Below, in pieces: positions 37,335-47,089 of a stretch of 64,000 nucleotides of DNA (the stretch's first letter is position 1; each line of letters begins with the position of its first letter). The notes beneath the pieces are model-generated. The model had not been told where the DNA came from. It ran no database searches and saw only the letters and a program-made list of their open reading frames with translations. Source of the stretch: Candidatus Latescibacterota bacterium. GTDB taxonomy: Bacteria > Latescibacterota > UBA2968 > UBA8231. Position numbers and translations under genes: made by a program. The DNA is taken from contig CBDCDC010000002.1 of NCBI GenBank assembly GCA_965215195.1, positions 2,624,001 to 2,688,000 on the forward strand, given 5' to 3'.

Positions 37335-38135
37335 ATGGCCGCCATCCTCTGCCCTCGCTGCCACAAACTCGTCAGCGCCGATGCTGAAACCTGCCCCCAC
37401 TGCGGCCAGCGCAAACCCGGGCTGTGGGGCGCGACAGCCACCATGCGCAAGCTCGGCCTACAGCTAAATTTCCCGCACTTAATTACGGTGTTCTGCGGCG
37501 TGCTCTACCTGCTCGCGTTGGCCCTAGACCCAGCGGCGATTTTCCAGACGCAGGGCCTGATGCAGATTCTCTCGCCCAGCATCCAAGCCAGCTTCAAACT
37601 CGGCGTCACCGGCACCGTGCCCATCTTCTCCTACAACTTCTGGTGGACTCCGATCACCGCCATCTACCTGCACGGCGGCCTGCTGCACATCTTCTTCAAC
37701 ATGATGTGGGTGCGCCAGCTTGGTCCGGTTGTAGAAGAGCTCTTCGGCCCCTTCCGCCTCTTTGCGATTTTTACGGTCGCCGGCATCACCGGCTTCCTAG
37801 CTTCGACCCTAGCGGGCCACTAACTCACGCTGGGGGCCTCCGGCTCAATTTTCGGCCTCTTGGCCGCGGCCATTGCCTACGGTCGGCGCGTTGGGGCCCA
37901 GCTCTTCACTCGGCAATTTCTCCAGTGGGCGGTCCTGCTTTTCTTTATGGGCTTTGTGATGCCCGGCGTCGATAACTGGGCGCACGGCGGCGGCTTCATC
38001 GGCGGGTATGCGGCCGCGTATGTCTTCAGCCGCAGCTCGGAGCGCGAGGGCTTGGGGGCCTATCTGGTCGGTGGTTTGTGCATGCTGGCCACAGTCGGCG
38101 CTTTCTTCATGCAGTTTATCGCCATGTTCCTGTAG
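37335..38135 (+). pseudogene. Zinc-ribbon rhomboid protease interrupted by an in-frame TAA
   Basis: CPRC..CPHC, LHGGLLHIFFNM, TAA at 37821-37823, then same frame LTLGASGSIFGL...VDNWAHGGGF. Confidence 0.8.
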
Positions 38136-38143
38136 CCCGCTTC

Positions 38144-38800
38144 ATGCCCGCCGAACGCATCGCGCTTTTCGACAGCCAGGGACAACCCATAGGCAGCAAA
38201 AGTCGCGCGGCGTGTGGCGACGGGGACCGCGTCGGCTTGGTCTTTGTCTGGGCGGCTTGGCGCACGTCCTCCGGCGTCGCTCGCACCTTATTGCAGACTC
38301 GCTCGCGCCCCGGCGACCCCTATCTCGGCAGCCTCGACGCGCCGGCCGGGGGCCACATCCGGGCCGGAGAAATGCCCGCGGCAGCGGCGCATCGCGAATT
38401 CGCCGAAGAGGTCGGTATCGCGCTGACACCCGCCGAGCTGGTCTTCCTCGGCCAGCAACCCCTCCAAGACACCAGGCACTCTGCCATGCAGTTTTTTTAC
38501 CTCTGCACGCGGCCTATCTCGCTGGGGGAAACCGCATTCAACGAAGAAGTGGGAGCCTTCGTCGAAGTCGGGCTCGACGATTTCGCCGCCTTGGTCTGCG
38601 GACGGGCCGCAGCGATCCAAGGTCAGGCCCGCTACAGGGAAACACCAGACGAAACGAGGCCGCAGGAAATTACTCCCGCGGCCTTCGCCGCCTATTCCGA
38701 GCCGATCATGGACGCCATCCGCCGCTCGGCCAGCGCGCTCCGCGCCTATCTCGATACCGGGCCGCTCGACGAAGCTATCTGGACGCACTCGACCGGCTGA
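38144..38800 (+). CDS. NUDIX domain protein (IPP isomerase-like)
   Basis: G.K.R, LLQTRS, GGHIRAGE....AAHREFAEEVGI. Confidence 0.8.
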   Translation: MPAERIALFDSQGQPIGSKSRAACGDGDRVGLVFVWAAWRTSSGVARTLLQTRSRPGDPYLGSLDAPAGGHIRAGEMPAAAAHREFAEEVGIALTPAELVFLGQQPLQDTRHSAMQFFYLCTRPISLGETAFNEEVGAFVEVGLDDFAALVCGRAAAIQGQARYRETPDETRPQEITPAAFAAYSEPIMDAIRRSASALRAYLDTGPLDEAIWTHSTG

Positions 38801-40229
38801 TATAGCACTCCAGATGCGCCAGCGCCCGGCCGCTATCCACAGCCTCCCGCGCCTCGGCCAACCCCTCTTCGGCACTCGCACTTAGGCCCAGATAATAGTC
38901 GGTCAGGCCGGCGTTGAGTACTATGCGGTCGTACGCGTGGCCTTGCTCGCCCTTGAGTGCTGCTACTCCCAGCGCTGCAAAAGCCCGCGCACTCACCACC
39001 GCAGGACGCGGGCTTTGCTCGTAGCAAAAGCCGTAGTCCCTCGGGTCCACGTCGCAGGCTACCGTCGTCAGTACACCTCGGACGCGGCGGAATCCCTGCG
39101 TGTAGTTGATGGCCTTGCGTCGAGCGTCCGAGGGCTTGCCCAAGCGCAATCCATAGTGGCTGCTCCCCTCCTCGCCCTTGATCACCAGCCCGGCGTCCAG
39201 CCTGTGCGCCGGCATCAACCCCAACAGCTTGTCCTCGTAGCCAGCGTGGTAAAAGCCCGCGACCATGCCGTTCCAAGCCGCGCCGGCAAACAACTGCTGT
39301 GCCTTCTCGGTAGTGGCCCAAGGCGGGCGTTTGGCGATGTGGGTGCGCAAATGTCGCAAAGCATACGCACGGGGGGCGTATTCGCGCTGACTCACGTACG
39401 CGAACCCAACGGCCGGGTCTTCGATGCAACGGGCCGCTGTCGCCAGCGACAGATCGACTCGCGCACCCAAGGACATCAGCACCCCTTCCTCGGTGACTCC
39501 GCGCTTGGGCGGCATTTCGGCGACGCCGTGTAGCACGGTCGCCCGGCCCAAGGCTGCGCGCACGGCCGCGACGAAGAGCGTCGGGCGAAAGAAGCGCGCT
39601 GCGCCGTCAAAGGGCTGGCCAAAATGCGTCAGAACTTCTACTTGCAGAGCGGACACCTGCTCTGAGGGAAGCACGGCGTCGAGATGAGCGCGAATTTCTT
39701 CCGCATTTTCGATGTTCATCCGCTGGCCGATCAAGAACGCGGCCATCAGCGAGGGGCGCACTTCGCCCGCTAGCATGGCCCCGAGCGCACCGCGCACTTC
39801 CTCGTAGCGCAAGTGCTCGCCCTGCAAAACCGGGCGCAGCGCTGCAACCACCCGCGCTTCGCCCCAACCGCAGCCGACGAAATCCGGTGCCATCCCCAAC
39901 AAGAAGCGCAAGTCAGCGGGCATCTTGCTGAGCGCGTCCCCATGGCGATCAAACGCCTCGATTTCCGCTGCGCTCCACCTCGTCCGCTCGCCAAAGGTGC
40001 GGCGGATGGACATGGCCGCGAAAAACGCGCCCATTTGGGCTGGAGAAACCTGCTCGGCGCGGGGCAAGGCCCCCTCGAGCGAAGCGAAAATTAGCCCTAG
40101 AATGCGCCGAGGGTCTGGGTCGCCCTCTTTTTTGCCCAGCGGACGGCTCTGGTGCGGCCCGGTACAGACGCGCATCTGCGCGGCCAGCACTTCCTCGTTG
40201 GGGCCGGGATAGGGGGCGGGTTCAGACAC
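38775..40229 (-). CDS. Anthranilate phosphoribosyltransferase-like (glycosyl transferase family 3) protein
   Basis: RVCTGP..SRPL, HFGQPFDG..RFF, LHG...MPPK.GVTEE, R..I.KRPPWATTEK, KGEEG. Confidence 0.8.
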   Translation of the reverse strand: MSEPAPYPGPNEEVLAAQMRVCTGPHQSRPLGKKEGDPDPRRILGLIFASLEGALPRAEQVSPAQMGAFFAAMSIRRTFGERTRWSAAEIEAFDRHGDALSKMPADLRFLLGMAPDFVGCGWGEARVVAALRPVLQGEHLRYEEVRGALGAMLAGEVRPSLMAAFLIGQRMNIENAEEIRAHLDAVLPSEQVSALQVEVLTHFGQPFDGAARFFRPTLFVAAVRAALGRATVLHGVAEMPPKRGVTEEGVLMSLGARVDLSLATAARCIEDPAVGFAYVSQREYAPRAYALRHLRTHIAKRPPWATTEKAQQLFAGAAWNGMVAGFYHAGYEDKLLGLMPAHRLDAGLVIKGEEGSSHYGLRLGKPSDARRKAINYTQGFRRVRGVLTTVACDVDPRDYGFCYEQSPRPAVVSARAFAALGVAALKGEQGHAYDRIVLNAGLTDYYLGLSASAEEGLAEAREAVDSGRALAHLECYISRSSASR

Positions 40230-40263
40230 GATTTTTGCTCCCTTTCACTAGCCGGAATCTCTT

Positions 40264-40292
40264 TTGACACGCAAAACATACCTTATTACATT
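40264..40292 (+). promoter_or_regulatory. Putative sigma-70 promoter of hicBA
   Basis: TTGACA-N17-TACATT. Confidence 0.55.
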
Positions 40293-40341
40293 CGCTGAGG
40301 AAATGAGATTACGAGTAGTTCCCCTTGTGGAGAAACTTCCG

Positions 40342-40689
40342 ATGACAGGTGCGATTTTATATTCTAAGTATTTATTTCCTATAGAAATAGAGCAAGGCGA
40401 GCTCGGCTATATATCTCGTTGTCCCACCTTTGACGTATGCAGTCAGGGAACGACAAAGGACGAAGCCCATCGCATGATTTCTGAGGCTGTGCAGCTATTT
40501 GTTGAGGATGCTTTCGACGATGGAACCTTAAAAGAGCTTCTCAAAGAATGTGGAGTCGATGGAGAGTTCGAGGTTAATGGTATAGAGTTGCCCAAGCAAA
40601 ACGCTCATTTTATAGAAATCTACATCCCAAAAGGGTATAATAATGAGACTTACGCCGTGCAACTGGAGGACACTAATGCAGGTGTTTGA
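40342..40689 (+). CDS. hicB: HicB-family antitoxin
   Basis: YISRCP.FDVCSQG.T.DEA..MI.EA..L; low GC; start 40342 or 40303. Confidence 0.8.
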   Translation: MTGAILYSKYLFPIEIEQGELGYISRCPTFDVCSQGTTKDEAHRMISEAVQLFVEDAFDDGTLKELLKECGVDGEFEVNGIELPKQNAHFIEIYIPKGYNNETYAVQLEDTNAGV

Positions 40690-40870
40690 AGCTGATGGTT
40701 TTGTTTTTTCGCGTGTAAAAGGCGATCACATTATTATGAGAAAGCCAAGTAAAAGATCAATAGTAATTCCCAAGAGAAAAGAAGTAGAGGTATATATTAT
40801 ACAATCTAATCTAAAAACTGCTGGAATTAGTAGAGAGCGATATTTTCAGTTATTAAAATCAGTGGGATGA
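40643..40870 (+). CDS. hicA: HicA-family toxin
   Basis: F...GF...R.KGDHIIM.K......VIP, I...LK.AGISRE.Y. Confidence 0.85.
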   Translation: MRLTPCNWRTLMQVFEADGFVFSRVKGDHIIMRKPSKRSIVIPKRKEVEVYIIQSNLKTAGISRERYFQLLKSVG

Positions 40871-40889
40871 GTGCTGGTTTACTCAACAC

Positions 40890-40933
40890 AATAGGACTAT
40901 TCCTCGATTCTATAAGGAGTAGTCCTATTTTTT
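40890..40933 (+). terminator. Intrinsic terminator after hicBA
   Basis: AATAGGACTATTCCT...AGGAGTAGTCCTATT followed by T run. Confidence 0.75.
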
Positions 40934-41032
40934 GCAGCGCAAGCTCGCGCTACTGAGACTTGTGAGGTTTCTCCAGATATGGAGGAATACCCAAGCCCCT
41001 GGGGCACCACCCTTTTCCGCGATAAAATCCCA

Positions 41033-41446
41033 ATGCGCTACCTCTCTCGTCTGTTTCTTATCGCCCTCGCCCTAACCGCTTGTGGCTCGTCCGACCCGGC
41101 CCCGCCAGCGCTGCTCCACTACGTCGCGGCCCAAGAAGCCTTGGCCTCCGACGACCTAGACCAGGCGCGTCAGGCACTGCAAGGCTTGGTGCAAAGCGCC
41201 AGCCCAACCCTCAAGCCGCTGGCGGAAAAAGCCGCGCATGCCGACGATCTTGCTGCGGTGCGCGTTGCGTTCAAGCCGCTGTCCGAAGAAGTGATGCAGA
41301 GCCAAATTCCCGAGGGCTACGTCGTGGCGTACTGCCCGATGGCCGACGGGGACAAGGGGGCGCACTGGGTGCAAAAGGACCAGCCCCAGATCGCCAATCC
41401 CTACTTCGGCGCTTCCATGCTCCGCTGCGGGGTATTCAAGGAATAG
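41033..41446 (+). CDS. DUF3347-like lipoprotein
   Basis: Lipobox LTAC; Y...QEALASDD, R.AF..LS, YCPMA....A.WVQ....IANPYFG..MLRCG. Confidence 0.8.
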   Translation: MRYLSRLFLIALALTACGSSDPAPPALLHYVAAQEALASDDLDQARQALQGLVQSASPTLKPLAEKAAHADDLAAVRVAFKPLSEEVMQSQIPEGYVVAYCPMADGDKGAHWVQKDQPQIANPYFGASMLRCGVFKE

Positions 41447-41458
41447 CTGCATCCGCAC

Positions 41459-42196
41459 ATGATCCGCGTAGAGTCCACCACCCGCCGCTACGGAGCTTTG
41501 ACCGCTGTTGACGAGGTCAGCTTTGCCGTTGACCAAGGCGAGATCGTCGGCTTCGTCGGCCCCAATGGCGCTGGCAAGAGCACCATGCTCAAGATGCTCT
41601 CCACCTTTATCCACCCCACGGCCGGCACAATCGCCATCGACGGGCTCAACGTGGTGGAGCACCCGCTCGCCGTGCGCCGCCGCATTGGCTACCTGTCGGG
41701 CGACACCCCGCTCTACCAAGAGATGCGCGTCGATAAGTTCCTCCGCTTCATCGCCCGAGCCCGCGGACTCGAAGGCGACGCCTTGCAGCAGGGTCTGGCG
41801 CGTGCGGTCGCGCTCTGCGGGCTCGAAGACGTGCTCACCCAGCGCGTCAAGGAGTGCTCCACCGGGTTCCGCCAGCGCATCGGCCTAGCTACCGCCATGG
41901 TTCACGATCCGCCAGTCCTGCTCCTCGACGAGCCAACCCACGGCTTCGATCCCTTGCAGGTTCTGGCCTTCCGCGACACCTTGCGCACACTCAGCTCGGG
42001 CCGGGCGATCCTCTTTAGCACCCACATCATCGGCGACGTCGAAGCCATTGCCGACCGCGTGTTGATCATCCACCAAGGGCGCTTGCTCGGCGATGGTCGC
42101 GTCGAACAGTTGGCCGCAGACGCCGGCATCCCCGGGGCCGGCCTCGAAGCCGTCTTCGCCCACCTAGTCCGCACCACAACCCCTGCCCATGGCTGA
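41459..42196 (+). CDS. ABC-2 transporter ATP-binding protein (GldA-like)
   Basis: GPNGAGKST, STGFRQRIG, LLDEPT.G.DP, STH. Confidence 0.9.
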   Translation: MIRVESTTRRYGALTAVDEVSFAVDQGEIVGFVGPNGAGKSTMLKMLSTFIHPTAGTIAIDGLNVVEHPLAVRRRIGYLSGDTPLYQEMRVDKFLRFIARARGLEGDALQQGLARAVALCGLEDVLTQRVKECSTGFRQRIGLATAMVHDPPVLLLDEPTHGFDPLQVLAFRDTLRTLSSGRAILFSTHIIGDVEAIADRVLIIHQGRLLGDGRVEQLAADAGIPGAGLEAVFAHLVRTTTPAHG

Positions 42197-42956
42197 CGCA
42201 CAACGCCTATCTGCCGCCGAGCGCCTGCGCGGCACGCGCATTGTCTTCGACCGCGAGCTAGAAGCCTACTTCGACTCGCCCATTGCCTATGCGTACGCGG
42301 CCGTCTTCTTGGTGCTGTCTTGCACCACCTTTATGAACTCCTTTTTTCTCGACGGGGTCGTCGATATGGGGCCGTACTTCACCGCCCTGCCCTTCCTGCT
42401 GATCCCCTTCGTCCCAGCCATTACCATGCGAGCTTGGGCCGAGGAGCGCGCCCAGCACACCTTTGAGCTGCTGATGACCCTGCCGCTGCATTCCTTGCAA
42501 ATCGTGCTGGGCAAGTATCTGGCGGCCCTCTGCTTCTACGCGATCGTCCTCGCCGGCAGCCTGCCCATCGTGCTGATGCTCCTCTTCCTCGGCGATCCCG
42601 ACCTCGGGCGCATAGCCGCCAGCTATGTCGGTGCGCTGCTATTGGGTGCTTTCTTCCTGTCCTTCGGCCTCTTTGCTTCCGGCCTGACCCGCGACCAGAT
42701 CGTGGCCTTTGTGCTCTCCGCGCTCTTAGGCTTCTTCTTCGTGCTCAGCGGGCACGAGAAAGTAGTAGAAGTCCTCGACGGACTAGCGCCGGCCTATCAG
42801 CCGGGCACGTGGCTGTACGAGACCATATCGGTCCTGCCCCACTACGCGGCTTTTGGCCGCGGCGTAATCGCTCTCGCCGACCTGTTGTACTTCGCGCTGA
42901 TGAGCGGCTTTTTCGTCTCAATGAACCATCTCAGCCTCCAGAGATCCAAGTATTGA
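42189..42956 (+). CDS. ABC-2 permease (GldF-like)
   Basis: REL.AYF.SPIAY, PAITMR.WAEER...T.ELL.TLP, IVLGKYLA, T.DQIVAF. Confidence 0.88.
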   Translation: MADAQRLSAAERLRGTRIVFDRELEAYFDSPIAYAYAAVFLVLSCTTFMNSFFLDGVVDMGPYFTALPFLLIPFVPAITMRAWAEERAQHTFELLMTLPLHSLQIVLGKYLAALCFYAIVLAGSLPIVLMLLFLGDPDLGRIAASYVGALLLGAFFLSFGLFASGLTRDQIVAFVLSALLGFFFVLSGHEKVVEVLDGLAPAYQPGTWLYETISVLPHYAAFGRGVIALADLLYFALMSGFFVSMNHLSLQRSKY

Positions 42957-45900
42957 AGCGGCACTTCTTGCTCCAAATCGCGCTGGCTTTTGCCCTGCTG
43001 TTGGGCATTGTCGCGTACGCCGGCCGCCTCCTGCACCTGACCGGGACTTGGACCTTAGACCTGGCCGGGAACGACATCGCCACGCTCGCGCCGGCGACCG
43101 AGCGCTACCTCCGCTCCCTAGACGCCCCGCTCGCCATCACCTACTTTGCCACCGCCCGCGAAAACATGCCGGCGCACCTCAAAGAACTCGAACCCCAAGT
43201 CCGCCAGCTCCTGTCGGCTCTGCGCGACCAAGCGCCCAACCGCATCGACTATCGGGTTATCGACCCGGACCAGAGCGGGCGCGCTGGCATCGGCTATGCG
43301 GCTAGCAAAAAGGCCTCCTCCTTCAGCGTGCGGCGGGTGTTGCACGACGAGCATTCCGAGCAGAAAATCTGGTCCTCGCTGGTCCTCGCACGCGCCGACG
43401 CGCCCGAAGTGCTCGTCCAAAGCATAGAGCCGGAACACCTTCCTTATCTAGAGGAGTACGTCATAGCCCAACTGCAGGCCGGGCGAGCGCCGCCGCAACC
43501 GACCTTTGGCGTCTCGGCTCCGCCGCCCTTCCAGCTTTTGGCGGCCTTTCTCAACGAGGCCGGGCCGGTCGTCGAGCTAGACCTCAACAGCAACCCCACC
43601 ATCCCCCCGGAAATCGACGTGCTGTTTTGGATCCAGCCTGAAGTCGCCACGCCCGAGCACGTGCGGCAGTTGCTTGCCTTCCTCGAATCCGGCCGCAGTG
43701 CAGTGCTCGCCGGCAGCACGTACCAGATCGGCTACTCCTCACCGGAGGACGCGATCTCCTATTGGGTACACCACGCGCCGCCAGCCTGGGGGCAACTGCT
43801 CCAGCCCTTTGGCATCCGGCCGGTGCCGGACTTGCTCGTCGATAAAAACACCGGGCCGGTCACCCTCGACTCGGGCGAAATCGTCGCGCCCTTTCACCTC
43901 CGGGTGCTGCCTGCTTTTTACAATATGAAGAGCTTTGCCGCGCCAGGCCGCGGCGGGCTCAACTTCGTCGCCGCCAGCGCACTCGAAGTCGATCCGCAGG
44001 CTGTACAAGCCAAGGGCTTCCATGCGGAAATCGTCGGCACCACCACCGAAAGCCCCCGCGTCCTACCCCTGCCCACCGGCCCCTTCACCGACGCCGATTT
44101 AACCGGCGGCCTGCCCGTGCCCAAACAAAATTTGCTGGTCCTGCTCAAGCCGGACGACCCTTGGCAGGGGCAGCTATTCGTCTTGGCCAGCGCGTCGCCC
44201 TTCCAAGATGGCATCATCAACCAGCCCGGCTACGCCCACCGCGTCTTCCTGCAAAACCTCATCCGCACCTACGGCCAACCCGAGCGCCTATTGCGGGGGC
44301 GCGTGGAAAAGGGCGGGGCGCAGCGGCTCGTCCCGCCCGGGGCACTCGCCCGTTTCTTCTGGCGGTTCTTTGCAGTCTTTTTAATACCGCTGGCGTTTGT
44401 GGGTCTCGGCGTGAGGCACTACCTCCGCCACAGCCGCCCGAGCTGGCCATCCGGCCGTTGGGGCCGACAGCTTGGCCTCGCCTGCTTGGTGCTCCTCGTT
44501 GGTGCGCTCGTCTGGCGCGGGCGCGGCCCCTATCTCGACCTGACAGCCGACCAGCTCAACACGCCCTCGCCGCTTTTGGGCCGCTTGTTGCAGGGCACGT
44601 CCCTATCCGCCGAACTGATCGCCACGCACCGGGCCTCCATGCCCCGCAAGCTCAAAGACGCCGAAGACCGCATCCGCACCTTGCTCGCCGACTGCAACAT
44701 TCCCCTGCGCGTGATCCGCCCCGACGCCCTGACCCCCGACCAGCGGCAGGCGTTCGCCGCCGAAGGGCTGGTGCCCTTTCCAGCCGAGCGAGTCCTCAAC
44801 GACACCCTCGCCACCCAATACGTGTGGAGCGGCCTGCGTCTGCTCGGCAACGCGCACACCATCGCCGTGCCGCGCCTCGACCAGCGCACGCTGCATCACC
44901 TCGAATTCCTCTTGGCCGCGGCGGCCCACGGCCTGCAACAGGAGCGCAAAATGCGCGTGGCCGTCATCTCGGACTTGCCGCGCCTCTCGCCGGCCGAAGC
45001 CCTCGAAGACTACCAGAAGAAGGGCCTCATCGCCCCGGGCGGCACCGACGTGTACAGCGACTTGAAAACCCTGCTCGCCGACTATCTCTACGACGTCCAC
45101 TATATCAATCCCCGTACGCCGAGCATGCCCGCAGACGTAGATGTCTTGTTGTGGATGCAGCCGCGCCGCGACTCCGGGCCGATCCTGCTGCTGCTGAGCC
45201 AGCATCTCGCCCAAGGGGGCAAGGCCATTGTCGCCATGCAGCATTTCAACATCCAGCAGCGCCAGTACCGCGGCTCGGGGTTTCAAACGGTGTACTGGCC
45301 CCAGCCTCAATTCCAAGACCTCGACCGCTACCTCCAGCTCTTTGGCATCGAACAGGTCCGCGAAGTGCTCTTTGACCGCACCCAGTCGCACCTCGACCTA
45401 GAGACCCAAGTCAACCGCACGGCCGTGCGCGAGTACGACCCGCAAAAGGTCGCCTTGCCTTTCTTGATCCGCGCCGTCGGCCAGCACTACGATCTCACCT
45501 CGCCGATCACCCGGCACCTCGGCGACCTGCTCTTTATCTGGGGGAATCGCTTTGCCCTCCACCCGGCTCAGCTCAGCAGCGCGGGCATAACGGCCCACAC
45601 CCTGATCTCCACCTCGCCCCAAGCCTGGGCGTACCCCTGGCAGGGCGGTTGGCTGCCGCCCGAGGTCTTCGCCCCGCAGACCTACCTGCCCGGCCCCCAA
45701 CCCCTCGTCGCGTTGCTCACCGGGCCTTTTCCCGAGGTCGCCTTTGCCGAAGGCGAGGATGGCCGCTCCGTCCTCCAGCGCGTGGGCGAGCACCCGCCGC
45801 GAGCGGGTGCCCTGCTCCTGATCGGCTCTTCCGAGATGTTCAAAAACGAGCACCTATTGACCCCGGGCTTTCAGCACGATCAGTTCTTGCTCAATGCCGT

Positions 45901-46075
45901 GGCGTACAACGCTTATGGCGCGAAGCTAGCCGCCTTACAGGCGCGGCGACCAATTTCGCGCGGCTTTCCCTTCCAGAGCACCGAGGCCAAGCGCCTGTGG
46001 CGAGTGGTCGTGGTGGGCGCGGGGCCGCTGCTGTTTTTGGGCTATGCCCTCTATCGCCGCACGAGGCGAAATTGA
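42953..46075 (+). CDS. GldG-like auxiliary protein with two fused modules
   Basis: TTG overlapping the upstream TGA; two TM-DL-periplasmic-TM units, each with DVL.W.QP and FL.N motifs. Confidence 0.8.
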   Translation: MKRHFLLQIALAFALLLGIVAYAGRLLHLTGTWTLDLAGNDIATLAPATERYLRSLDAPLAITYFATARENMPAHLKELEPQVRQLLSALRDQAPNRIDYRVIDPDQSGRAGIGYAASKKASSFSVRRVLHDEHSEQKIWSSLVLARADAPEVLVQSIEPEHLPYLEEYVIAQLQAGRAPPQPTFGVSAPPPFQLLAAFLNEAGPVVELDLNSNPTIPPEIDVLFWIQPEVATPEHVRQLLAFLESGRSAVLAGSTYQIGYSSPEDAISYWVHHAPPAWGQLLQPFGIRPVPDLLVDKNTGPVTLDSGEIVAPFHLRVLPAFYNMKSFAAPGRGGLNFVAASALEVDPQAVQAKGFHAEIVGTTTESPRVLPLPTGPFTDADLTGGLPVPKQNLLVLLKPDDPWQGQLFVLASASPFQDGIINQPGYAHRVFLQNLIRTYGQPERLLRGRVEKGGAQRLVPPGALARFFWRFFAVFLIPLAFVGLGVRHYLRHSRPSWPSGRWGRQLGLACLVLLVGALVWRGRGPYLDLTADQLNTPSPLLGRLLQGTSLSAELIATHRASMPRKLKDAEDRIRTLLADCNIPLRVIRPDALTPDQRQAFAAEGLVPFPAERVLNDTLATQYVWSGLRLLGNAHTIAVPRLDQRTLHHLEFLLAAAAHGLQQERKMRVAVISDLPRLSPAEALEDYQKKGLIAPGGTDVYSDLKTLLADYLYDVHYINPRTPSMPADVDVLLWMQPRRDSGPILLLLSQHLAQGGKAIVAMQHFNIQQRQYRGSGFQTVYWPQPQFQDLDRYLQLFGIEQVREVLFDRTQSHLDLETQVNRTAVREYDPQKVALPFLIRAVGQHYDLTSPITRHLGDLLFIWGNRFALHPAQLSSAGITAHTLISTSPQAWAYPWQGGWLPPEVFAPQTYLPGPQPLVALLTGPFPEVAFAEGEDGRSVLQRVGEHPPRAGALLLIGSSEMFKNEHLLTPGFQHDQFLLNAVAYNAYGAKLAALQARRPISRGFPFQSTEAKRLWRVVVVGAGPLLFLGYALYRRTRRN

Positions 46076-47079
46076 TCCGCTTGCTCTGCGCGCTAGGGGC
46101 CTTGCTGGTCCTGCTCGTCCTCGGGGAAAGCACGCTGCGCGAGCACCAGCGCACTGTGCGCCGCACGGCCGGGGCTTTGCGCCTCTTGACGCCCGAGTTG
46201 GCCTCAGCCATCGCGCAGATTGAGGTCCGTGCGGCCGGACGCCGCTGGCACTACGTCCGGCGCGGGCCCACTTGGCATTTCCCGGCGTATCACCGCGCCT
46301 TTGTTCTCAACCGCCGCGTCGAGCACCTGCTCCAGAGCTTGCTCGCTACTCCGGCGACCTTCGTCTCGGACGAGCCTGGAGACTTGGCCCGCTATGGCCT
46401 CGGCCCGGGCAGCGTCCGCATCCACCTGCTCGACCAACAGGGGCGTCCCTTGCTCGAGGTGCGCCAAGGACGCGGTGCCCCCGGGCCACGCGCTGGGGAA
46501 TCGTATGTCCAGCGCGTGGGTGCCGACAGCATCTTTCACCTTCACGCCCACCCCGTCCACGCCCTCGACACCGCGCCACCCGCTCCCATGCTCGACCGCC
46601 GCGTTTTGCCCCAAGCCTTACAGCGCAAGGGCCTGCGGCGCATCGCCTTCGCCGGCGACCCGGCCTACCCGGTGCAATCCCTCAGCCGCCAGCTAAAAGC
46701 CATGACGGCACCGGGCCCGATGATGCCGACCTACGAGTGGGTCGCCCTCTCTGCGGCGGGCGCAGAGACCTGCCTCTCCGCAAGTGCAGAAGCCTACGCC
46801 GACTTCCTCAAGCGCCTGACGTGGTCGGCCTTGCACGATCCGGGCCAAGCCGATGCCTTTGCCCAAGCTCGCTATCTCTATCTCGAAGACGAAGAGGGCA
46901 CCATAGACACCCTCGCCATTGGCCCAGCCCACGACCGCGGCCCCTACCTCCGCCTCCACACCACCGGCCACGTTCTCTCCATAACACCCGAAAAAGCCGC
47001 CCTCCTCTTCCCCACGCGAGCTGCCCTCCGCGACACGCTCCCCCAACCCTCGCCCTACCACCAAGCCGAGCCGTTCTAG
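46072..47079 (+). CDS. DUF4340 domain protein
   Basis: N-terminal TM, W...., DLARYGL, Y.Q.......F; usual fourth gene of GldAFG-like clusters. Confidence 0.7.
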   Translation: MIRLLCALGALLVLLVLGESTLREHQRTVRRTAGALRLLTPELASAIAQIEVRAAGRRWHYVRRGPTWHFPAYHRAFVLNRRVEHLLQSLLATPATFVSDEPGDLARYGLGPGSVRIHLLDQQGRPLLEVRQGRGAPGPRAGESYVQRVGADSIFHLHAHPVHALDTAPPAPMLDRRVLPQALQRKGLRRIAFAGDPAYPVQSLSRQLKAMTAPGPMMPTYEWVALSAAGAETCLSASAEAYADFLKRLTWSALHDPGQADAFAQARYLYLEDEEGTIDTLAIGPAHDRGPYLRLHTTGHVLSITPEKAALLFPTRAALRDTLPQPSPYHQAEPF

Positions 47080-47089
47080 TCCACTAGCC

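Noticed and set aside
37821-37823. Genetic code reassignment or selenocysteine/pyrrolysine
   Set aside because: The codon is TAA, used as a normal stop elsewhere, and this is the only case.
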